Assembly (NCBI RefSeq): GCF_900232105.1
Contig: NZ_LT934425.1
Coordinates: forward strand, 4,374,154 to 4,406,153
DNA: 32,000 nt
DNA from: Candidatus Kuenenia stuttgartensis
GTDB lineage: Bacteria; Planctomycetota; Brocadiia; Brocadiales; Brocadiaceae
Reading direction: 5' to 3'
Shown: one piece after another, positions 24,915 through 32,000 of the stretch
Numbering within the stretch: the first letter of the stretch is position 1
Layout of the letters: the number at the start of each line of letters is the position of its first letter
Notes under the pieces: model-generated
Database searches by the model: none
Told to the model about the DNA's origin: nothing
Seen by the model: the letters and a program-made list of their open reading frames with translations, nothing else
Made by a program: the position numbers and the translations under genes

Positions 24915-26195
24915 ATGAATGCATTATTAATAAAAGGCGGTTATGTAGTAGACCCTGCTTCCGACTTTGAAGGATACGCTGACGTTCTTGTAAAAAATGG
25001 GAAAATAGAGGCGGTGTCACCCAATATTACCACCAACCCCTCTGTCAGGATTATTGATGCAACGAATAAACACGTCATCCCAGGTCTGATAGAGTGCCAT
25101 GTTCATTTTCGTGAACCAGGGCTTGAATACAAAGAAGATATCAGAACAGGCTCACGCGCCGCTGCAAAGGGCGGATATACGACAGTGATTTGCGAGCCCA
25201 ATACAAACCCGCCTATCGATTCCCCCGCCATAGTGGATTTACTCACGGAAAGAATTTTAGAAAAGAGCATAATAAAAGTGTTTGCCAAGGCATGCATTAC
25301 AAAAGGTTCATTAAGTGAAGAGTTGACGGACATTGCCGCCCTTGCTAAGAATACCCGTATAAAAGCATTATCGGACGACGGCAATCCGGTATTCAACGAT
25401 GCTTTAATGTGCAAGGCTTGCGAGCTTTCAGTACAACATGCTATTATTATTAGCCCACATTGCGAAGACTCTCCATTTTATTTGAATAAGATAAAAGACA
25501 TTCCCGGCGCAACCCGTTTCCCAGGCGAACCTTATTCACACGAAACCGATTTTGCCAGGCGTGACATCCGCTTTACGGAACAAGCAAAAGGCCGTCTGCA
25601 TATTTCCCACATAAGCCTGAAGGATACCTTGGCAGCGATACAACAAGCCAAAGAAAGAGGCATAGGAAAATTCACTTGTGAAGTGACCCCCCATCACTTA
25701 TTATTGGACAACAGCTTCCGGGATAAAGACGGAAATATGCCCAGGACAAATCCTCCCTTACGGTCCCGTATGGACGTGGAAGCCATGCAAAACGGCTTGG
25801 CAAGCGGTATTATTGACGTCATCGCAACAGACCATGCCCCGCACACCGACGATGATTTAAAAAAAGGCGCTACGGGCTTTGTGGGACTCGAAACCGCCCT
25901 TGGCGTATTGCTTACTAAACTGGTACATACCGGTATCATTACTTTTAAGGAACTTATCATAAAAATGTCCGTCAATCCTGCACGCATCTTTCAAATAAAC
26001 GGCGGCAGTCTTGCTGCCGGCATGCCGGCAGATATTACCATAATAGATAAAAACAAGGAATGGACGGTGGACGTTAACGTTTTTGAATCAAAGGGCAGAA
26101 ACTGCCCCTTTCACGGATGGAAACTAAAAGGACAGGTTTTGACTACTATTGTTAATGGAAAGGTCGTTGTTGATAACTACAAAATAGAATGCTAA
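24915..26195 (+). CDS. pyrC: Dihydroorotase
   Basis: IECHVHFREPG, DDGNP and ATDHAPH metal-binding motifs. I prefer the ATG at 24915 (MNALLIKGGYVVDP) over the upstream GTG at 24819. Confidence 0.9.
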   Translation: MNALLIKGGYVVDPASDFEGYADVLVKNGKIEAVSPNITTNPSVRIIDATNKHVIPGLIECHVHFREPGLEYKEDIRTGSRAAAKGGYTTVICEPNTNPPIDSPAIVDLLTERILEKSIIKVFAKACITKGSLSEELTDIAALAKNTRIKALSDDGNPVFNDALMCKACELSVQHAIIISPHCEDSPFYLNKIKDIPGATRFPGEPYSHETDFARRDIRFTEQAKGRLHISHISLKDTLAAIQQAKERGIGKFTCEVTPHHLLLDNSFRDKDGNMPRTNPPLRSRMDVEAMQNGLASGIIDVIATDHAPHTDDDLKKGATGFVGLETALGVLLTKLVHTGIITFKELIIKMSVNPARIFQINGGSLAAGMPADITIIDKNKEWTVDVNVFESKGRNCPFHGWKLKGQVLTTIVNGKVVVDNYKIEC

Positions 26196-26869
26196 TCATT
26201 ATTGACGGCTATAATCTTATCTTTTCCGTGCCGGAATTGGAAAAACATGTGGAAAGGAATTTTATTGAAGCGGTGCGCGATTATGTAATATCCTTCCTCT
26301 CACAATACCGGCAGGAAAAGCACTACGATATAATCGTTGTATTTGATGGCACCTATTCAGAAACAAGCTTACCGAGAAGACTGGTTTCCGGGGGGATAAA
26401 AATAATTTATTCCAAAACGGGCGTCAAAGCGGACACCGAAATCATGAACATTGCCAGCCATGTGAAAAATCCGAAAGACGTATGTATTGTAACCTACGAT
26501 AATGAAATAAAAAGACATGTTAAAAAATGCGGCTGCCGGATTTTGGACCCAAAATCACTGTACAGAGAAATCTACGATGTACTCTTTAAAGAGAATAACC
26601 AAAAACCCTCAGAACCTGAAAGTAAATGGAAAGGACCTACAGAAGGTGACGCTAAATCGTGGGAAGGCGTTTTTAAGGAAGTCACCCGTGAAGAGGTCGA
26701 TTTCCACATAAAAAAAACCGGTTTGGCAAACATAAAGAAAAAACAGGTGCAAGTAACATTTGAAAACACCTGTAAAAATGAACATCAGGAAGACTCTCTC
26801 CCTGACAATAATACACAATACTGGATTCGCCTCTTTGAAGGATTAGAAAACAATGACCAAAAAAATTAA
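26189..26869 (+). CDS. NYN-domain protein (YacP/Rae1-like predicted RNase)
   Basis: MLIIIDGYNLIF...IIVVFDG...ADTEI is a YacP-type NYN core. The start overlaps the pyrC stop. Confidence 0.7.
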   Translation: MLIIIDGYNLIFSVPELEKHVERNFIEAVRDYVISFLSQYRQEKHYDIIVVFDGTYSETSLPRRLVSGGIKIIYSKTGVKADTEIMNIASHVKNPKDVCIVTYDNEIKRHVKKCGCRILDPKSLYREIYDVLFKENNQKPSEPESKWKGPTEGDAKSWEGVFKEVTREEVDFHIKKTGLANIKKKQVQVTFENTCKNEHQEDSLPDNNTQYWIRLFEGLENNDQKN

Positions 26870-27257
26870 GATTCACTGGGGTATAAAATGTGCACTGGCA
26901 TTTGGGTATGCATACGGCATTTATGTAGCATCATCCACAGATACCTCTTCAGTCTCCTTGCCAAACCATATCGACAAACTTATCCATTTTGTTGAATATG
27001 GGATATTATGTTTGTTCGTCTGCTGGGTTGTTTCTTCCTTTCAAATCAAATCCGCGAAGATGTTTTATCTGTTAGCCTTCGGTATAACCTCATTGTATGG
27101 TATGTTCGATGAATTCCACCAGTCATTCATCCCCCATCGTTCCGCGGATGTACTCGACTGGCTGGCGGACACTGCCGGTGCGGCTACGGCATGTTTTCTA
27201 TGGCATGTTTTTATCCGTAAAAATAAGGCCAGCAACCGCTTATTGACAGACAGATAA
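26853..27257 (+). CDS. VanZ-family membrane protein
   Basis: HFVEYGIL...FDEFHQSFIPHRSADVLDWLADTAGA is a VanZ signature. Confidence 0.75.
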   Translation: MTKKIKIHWGIKCALAFGYAYGIYVASSTDTSSVSLPNHIDKLIHFVEYGILCLFVCWVVSSFQIKSAKMFYLLAFGITSLYGMFDEFHQSFIPHRSADVLDWLADTAGAATACFLWHVFIRKNKASNRLLTDR

Positions 27258-27262
27258 TAGCC

Positions 27263-27342
27263 TTTAGTACCTTATCAGTAATTTCTTTGCACACTTCCAT
27301 TCGTCAGTGCGTGCTTTTTGGCAAAATATTTAATGGTGAAAT
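27263..27342. repeat. Dispersed repeat, copy 2 (pairs with 3237..3324)
   Basis: tttagtaccttatcagtaatttctttgcacacttccattcgtcagtgcgtgctttttggcaaaatatttaatggtgaaat. Has the same hairpin plus T-run downstream of a plus-strand gene. Confidence 0.8.
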
Positions 27343-27431
27343 ACGAATATTTAATTTTTTTATCTGTGCAATTTATGTAATCTGTTGTTCCGCCTTTCGT
27401 AATTTTTTCCAGGATTTCGCGAGTTTTTTCA

Positions 27432-29462
27432 ATGAACGCCAGGTATTTAAAGTTTGTTTCTCCTGCCATCCTCATTTTTCTATCGGGATTTTTGTATCTC
27501 AACTCATTGCATAACGATTTTGTTTATGACGACGCATACATCATCAAGGAAAACCACTTCATTACCTCACTAAAAAATTTCCCTAAATTATTCCATAAAG
27601 ATTATTTTTATGTTTCCGGAGAACTCAGTTACCGCCCTATCGTCACCATAACTTATTTTATTGACCATGCATTGTGGAATCTTAAACCCTTTGGCTATCA
27701 TTTAACCAATACGGTACTCCACACCATCAACGTATTCCTATTTTTCCTCTTTACTAAATGTATTTTCAAGAACCTTCGGCAGGCTTTCATCGCTACGCTG
27801 TTCTATCTATCGCATCCTCTGTTAACGGAGACGGTTAATGCAATTTGTTACCGGGAAGATATACTTGTTTCAATTTTTTTCCTTTTAGCGTTTATTTTAT
27901 TCCTGAAAACAAAAAACCACAGGCAAAGCCACACAAATAGCCACTTTACCCTTTGTTATTTTCTCTCTTGTCTCGCATACCTCATCGCCCTTTTTTCAAA
28001 AGAAATGGCGATTACATTCCCAATCCTTATTGTAATCTTCGATCTTTTGTTTTTATCTCAAAACGAAAAAAAATCTGATTCCTTAGCCCCTCTTGCAAAA
28101 AAAGTTGCTCGTTTCATGCTCTTTTACAGCGGATATATTTTTGTTACAGGTGTCTATATCTTTCTGAGATTTTTTGCCCTCAGTAATAACTTAAAAACGA
28201 TAGAAATCTATCCAACAAATATTGCCACCATGACAAAGGTAGTGGCATATTATCTAAAACTTATTTTTTTACCTGTCCCCCTTAACGCGGATTATTACGT
28301 ACCAGGGCATTTATCTTTTACGTTATCGTTATTTGTGGCTGCCTTGCTGATTACGTGTTTCGTTGTTATTTTTGTACGTTTCTTACGAAGGAATAGATAT
28401 GTCATTTTTTTTATTTTATGGTTCTTTATCACACTTTTGCCGGTGCTTGGCATTATCCCCATCGGCAACATTATGGCGGAAAGGTATTTGTATGTGCCGA
28501 TAATCGGCCTTTGTTGCACAATAAGCTATTCCTTTTTGAATAGAAAATTGTCTTATCCTATTGTTGTTGTTTTTGGCGTTATTCTGCTCTGTTTTCAAAT
28601 TGGAGTGATACACAGAAACCGTATCTGGCGTAACGACGCTACACTATGGTTTAACACATTTCAAAGAGAACCGAAAAGCGCCAGGGCATGCGGCAACCTG
28701 GGCAATGCATACTTTAATAACCTGCGGTATGAGGAAGCAATCAAAATGTACCGGCAGGCGCTTGCCCTGGAACACAGCTATCCATTTATCCATTTTAATC
28801 TGGGGGCGGCTTATGAGAAAATTAGCCTTGTTGACAAGGCAATAGAAGAATATAAAGCGTCCATCTCAAATCTTAACGATAATACGCTTGCATACAACAA
28901 TATTGCTATGATCTATGATAAACGAGGACGCCATGATTTGGCTGTCGAAACCTATCTCCTTGCATTAAAAGATAATCCCTATGTACCTTTCGTACACAAC
29001 AATCTTGGGAATACCTATGAATACACCGGCAACAAGGAAAAGGCACTCGCTGAATACAGGGAAGCGGTAAAACTCGATAACAATTATGCGGACGCCCATA
29101 ATAATATGGGCGCTGTTTATCTGAAAAGCGGAAACGTTGATATGGCCATTCGTGAATTTGAAAAAGCCATTTATTCAAAACAAGGGCATGTTGATGCGCA
29201 TTACAATCTGGGAATTGCGTATGCGTCAAAAGGCCTTTTTAAAGAGGCGTCGGAAGAACTAAAACTTTCCCTTCAATATAATCCAAACGACTATTCCGTA
29301 TACAGGGACCTGGGCGTATTATATTATCAGCACTTTAAAGATATCGATACGTCCCTTTATTATTTAAATGAATCAATCCGCCTGGCGCCGAATCTCGCAG
29401 AAAAAGAAAAGGTCGGCAATATAATAAAATCAATTATGACAGCAACTATTGACGCCCCTTAA
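27432..29462 (+). CDS. Multi-pass membrane protein with C-terminal TPR array (TMTC/DUF1736-like putative glycosyltransferase)
   Basis: About 400 aa of TM helices (YRPIVTITYFIDHALW, HPLLTETVN) followed by at least 7 TPR repeats. Confidence 0.8.
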   Translation: MNARYLKFVSPAILIFLSGFLYLNSLHNDFVYDDAYIIKENHFITSLKNFPKLFHKDYFYVSGELSYRPIVTITYFIDHALWNLKPFGYHLTNTVLHTINVFLFFLFTKCIFKNLRQAFIATLFYLSHPLLTETVNAICYREDILVSIFFLLAFILFLKTKNHRQSHTNSHFTLCYFLSCLAYLIALFSKEMAITFPILIVIFDLLFLSQNEKKSDSLAPLAKKVARFMLFYSGYIFVTGVYIFLRFFALSNNLKTIEIYPTNIATMTKVVAYYLKLIFLPVPLNADYYVPGHLSFTLSLFVAALLITCFVVIFVRFLRRNRYVIFFILWFFITLLPVLGIIPIGNIMAERYLYVPIIGLCCTISYSFLNRKLSYPIVVVFGVILLCFQIGVIHRNRIWRNDATLWFNTFQREPKSARACGNLGNAYFNNLRYEEAIKMYRQALALEHSYPFIHFNLGAAYEKISLVDKAIEEYKASISNLNDNTLAYNNIAMIYDKRGRHDLAVETYLLALKDNPYVPFVHNNLGNTYEYTGNKEKALAEYREAVKLDNNYADAHNNMGAVYLKSGNVDMAIREFEKAIYSKQGHVDAHYNLGIAYASKGLFKEASEELKLSLQYNPNDYSVYRDLGVLYYQHFKDIDTSLYYLNESIRLAPNLAEKEKVGNIIKSIMTATIDAP

Positions 29463-30601
29463 ATCAAAACCAGGTTGTCCCGATGAATAACCTCATCATA
29501 GGATTTATAGCCCAGAATCTTGTGAATCGAAGAGGCGCGGCATCCCTTGATTTTTTCTATCTCCTCAGAAGAATAATTGGTTAATCCTCTCGCAAAAACG
29601 CCATCATTTTCACCTTTACAAATCGAAACAATATCTCCTTTCTCAAAACCGCCTTCAATCGAAACAATGCCGGATGCAAGAAGGCTCTTCCCCTTCTTCG
29701 ACAGGGCAGAACAGGCGCCTTCATCAACGAATACAACGCCTTTCGATTTCTTTGAATACCCTATCCATCGCTTTCGGCTTGTCAGTTTTTCATTTTTTGG
29801 AAGAAACAACGTCCCGATATCCTCATACTGAAAAATCTTTAGCAACACATTTTCATGTCGCCCGTTGGCAATAATCACTTTTTCACCGGCATTCGTCACA
29901 ATTGATGCAGCTTCCAACTTGGTACGCATCCCCCCCACCCCTCTCAACGTCTTGGAATTGTAAGCCATTTGTTTGGTTTTATGAGTAATGTGTTCCACTA
30001 CAGGGATAACATGCGCCCGGCTTTCTCCTTCGGGTTGTTTGTCATACAACCCATCAACTGAAGAGAGAATAACCAGCAGGTCTGCGTCAATAAGATTAGT
30101 TACTAATGCGGACAATTCGTCATTATCGCCAAAGGCAATTTCATCGGTCGAAATAGTATCATTCTCGTTTACTACAGGAATCGCATTCATTCGGAATAAT
30201 GTATGGATGGTATTGCATGTATTTAAATATCTTTTCCTGTTTTCAAAATCTTCCCGTGTAAATAAGATTTGTGCCGCATGATATCCATGCGATTTAAAAA
30301 AACTATCATACGTGCTTATTAATTTGCTTTGGCCAATGGACGCAACCGCCTGCAGCTCAGGAAGCGTACCGGGTCTCTTTTGCAACCCCAACTCGCCCAT
30401 ACCGCATCCGATTGCGCCGGAACTTACCACCGTTACATTAAAATTTCTTCTTTTTAACTCTATGACCTGTTCGGCTAACCCTTTTATCTGTTTATTGTCC
30501 AAATATCCCGCATTGTCAGTTATCACGCCGGTGCCTATTTTAATAACAATCTTTTTTGTGTCTTTTATGTATTCGTACCGTATGTCTGATATTTCTTTCA
30601 C
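29459..30601 (-). CDS. proB: Glutamate 5-kinase with PUA domain
   Basis: IVIKIGTGVITD, VVSSGAIGCG, NENDTISTDEIAFGDND, and a C-terminal PUA domain (VFVDEGACSALSKKGKSLLASGI). Confidence 0.9.
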   Translation of the reverse strand: MKEISDIRYEYIKDTKKIVIKIGTGVITDNAGYLDNKQIKGLAEQVIELKRRNFNVTVVSSGAIGCGMGELGLQKRPGTLPELQAVASIGQSKLISTYDSFFKSHGYHAAQILFTREDFENRKRYLNTCNTIHTLFRMNAIPVVNENDTISTDEIAFGDNDELSALVTNLIDADLLVILSSVDGLYDKQPEGESRAHVIPVVEHITHKTKQMAYNSKTLRGVGGMRTKLEAASIVTNAGEKVIIANGRHENVLLKIFQYEDIGTLFLPKNEKLTSRKRWIGYSKKSKGVVFVDEGACSALSKKGKSLLASGIVSIEGGFEKGDIVSICKGENDGVFARGLTNYSSEEIEKIKGCRASSIHKILGYKSYDEVIHRDNLVLI

Positions 30602-30650
30602 AATATTTCCCGTGACGATTTAGATTTTTCGAAAGTTTTTCACCGGATCT

Positions 30651-32000
30651 TCACTTTTTTGCCTTTTTAATTTTTTCCATAAGTATATCGAGGAACGATT
30701 TAAACTGGTCATCTTTTTTCAATTCTTCGTTTATTTTTTTTATCGCAAATATCACTGTCGTATGTTTCTTGTTGCCAAAATAATTCCCTATTTGCTGATA
30801 CGACCAATCCAACTGATTTTTTATTAAATACATGCATATCTGACGCGGAAACGATACCGTCTTCGCCTTCCGGCTCGAATGAAGGTCACTGCGGCTTATG
30901 TTAAAATGCCGCAACACCGCACCCTCTATCTCCTCCACCTTCACTACCTTGTCGTCGCCGTAAAAGAACTCCTTCAACACATCTTTGACAAACGCAATGT
31001 CTATCTTCCTGTCATTAAACCTGGCATGTGCCGTCAACGTCACCAAGGCGCTCTCCACCTCTCTTACACTATCATCAAACTTCTCCGCAATATACTCCAG
31101 CGCCTCCTCCGGAAAATACACATCGTACTTCGACGCCTTCGTCCTTAATATCAACAACCTCGTCGCATACTCCGGCCTCTCTATACGCGCCACCATCCCT
31201 GACATAAACCGGCTCGCCAAATTCTCCTTCAACTGGCTTATCTGCTTCGGATGGGCATCGCTCGCAAATATTATCCGCTTTGACGAATCATACAACGCAT
31301 TAAACGTATGCAAAAACTCCTCCTGCACTCCCTGCTTGTTGGATAAAAAATGAACGTCATCTATCAGAAATACGTCCACATTCCTGTATCTCTGCCTAAA
31401 TGACTCCATCTTCCCTTTCTGCAATGCATAGATAAACTCATTCGTCCACTTCTCCGCAGACATATACACCGCATTCACCGTCTGCTCTTTCCTGACCCGA
31501 TTCCATATCCCCACAAGCAGATGTGTCTTCCCCACCCCTACATTCCCATGAATAAAAAGGGGATTAAAGGGCGGATACTCCTCCTTTATCATTTCAAGGG
31601 CCGCCGTATATGCAAGCCGGTTATTGGGGCCTATCACAAAATCCTCCAGCAACAAACCCTTGTTTAACCCCAGTGCTTTCCTCCCCGTATACGCACCCTT
31701 CTCATCAACAACATCAGGCTTTTCCGGCAATACGATCTCTTTCTCCTGCTTGTTGTCCAGTATAAACCGTACATCAAGGTCGCTCCTCTTCAGAAACCGC
31801 CCTATGTCCTCTTTCAACAAACCGGAAAAATTCTCCTGCAGCCACATCTGGGTAAATACGTTAGGAACGGCAATGCTTGCGTAAGCATCACCTATTGACT
31901 CAAGACGGGTATTTTTGAACCACAGATTGAATCGTAATGGGCCTAATTTCTCTCTGACATTCTCAAGAATATCATCCCATATTTTTGAACAAGGTTCCAT
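30651..32000 (-). CDS. dnaA: Chromosomal replication initiator protein DnaA
   Basis: Walker A IHGNVGVGKTHLL, Walker B FLIDDVHFL, and C-terminal domain IV (RQICMYLIK...IGNYFGNKKHTTVIFAIKKI). The ATG sits exactly at the window edge. Confidence 0.95.
   Translation of the reverse strand: MEPCSKIWDDILENVREKLGPLRFNLWFKNTRLESIGDAYASIAVPNVFTQMWLQENFSGLLKEDIGRFLKRSDLDVRFILDNKQEKEIVLPEKPDVVDEKGAYTGRKALGLNKGLLLEDFVIGPNNRLAYTAALEMIKEEYPPFNPLFIHGNVGVGKTHLLVGIWNRVRKEQTVNAVYMSAEKWTNEFIYALQKGKMESFRQRYRNVDVFLIDDVHFLSNKQGVQEEFLHTFNALYDSSKRIIFASDAHPKQISQLKENLASRFMSGMVARIERPEYATRLLILRTKASKYDVYFPEEALEYIAEKFDDSVREVESALVTLTAHARFNDRKIDIAFVKDVLKEFFYGDDKVVKVEEIEGAVLRHFNISRSDLHSSRKAKTVSFPRQICMYLIKNQLDWSYQQIGNYFGNKKHTTVIFAIKKINEELKKDDQFKSFLDILMEKIKKAKK

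Noticed and set aside
26896-26912. TGGCAT-N-TATGCA sigma-54-like motif.
   Set aside because: The GG-to-GC spacing is one base too long, and the motif lies inside the VanZ-like coding sequence.
27275-27502. 75-aa minus-strand ORF whose middle (YLAFIEKTREILEKITKGG) faintly resembles DUF86/HepT N-termini.
   Set aside because: It overlaps the start of the 676-aa TMTC-like gene and runs into the dispersed repeat, and it lacks the HEPN Rx4-6H motif. At best it is a fossil, so I did not call it.
30602-30650. DnaA boxes or oriC in the proB-dnaA spacer, and elsewhere in the window.
   Set aside because: I found no TTATCCACA-like 9-mers there. The origin is more likely upstream of dnaA, beyond the window end.

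Overview
This window looks like a chromosomal segment of a diderm bacterium, ending at dnaA (30651..32000, minus strand). I cannot assign a taxon from sequence alone. My guess is a planctomycete or anammox-like genome, and that is only a guess.

Two blocks are ordinary housekeeping genes:
- 1-7.5 kb: a partial aquaporin, nth, lipA, thiD, an HNH endonuclease, lpxK, a small 2x[4Fe-4S] ferredoxin missed by the ORF track, a deoxyhypusine-synthase-like protein and a second HhH-GPD glycosylase.
- 24.9-32 kb: pyrC, a NYN/YacP-like protein, a VanZ-like protein, a TMTC-like membrane/TPR protein, proB and dnaA.

Between them lies about 17 kb of accessory DNA in two parts.

(1) 7.5-12.8 kb looks like a degenerate integron.
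- All cassette units are on the minus strand. They carry a DUF4258/DUF2283 toxin-antitoxin (TA) pair, a TPR protein, a 322-aa unknown protein, higBA and a 273-aa unknown protein.
- Four of the five units are followed by an imperfect palindrome of 58-121 bp with AAC...GTT ends, like an attC site.
- For four of the five cassettes, the 5' boundary is the reverse complement of the cassette's own R'' box, in 6/6, 6/6, 5/6 and 5/6 positions.
- Two truncated N-terminal fragments of an IntI-type tyrosine recombinase sit divergently on the plus strand.

(2) 13.0-24.1 kb resembles the 'locus of heat resistance' type of proteostasis island.
- It carries hdeD, a ClpK/ClpG-like disaggregase, degP/htrA, three hsp20 genes and yfdX.
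- A consensus sigma-54 promoter lies upstream of the tandem hsp20 pair.
- The island is visibly decaying. The clp gene has an internal deletion plus four frameshifts. htrA is split by a 171-bp MITE and also frameshifted. An S10 peptidase gene is split by an IS1380-like element with a 5-bp target duplication.
- A PAS-domain fragment divergent from the sigma-54 promoter is fused to the C-terminal tail of an integrase.

I saw no rRNA, tRNA or CRISPR array. Many ORF-track entries are antisense shadows of the real genes.
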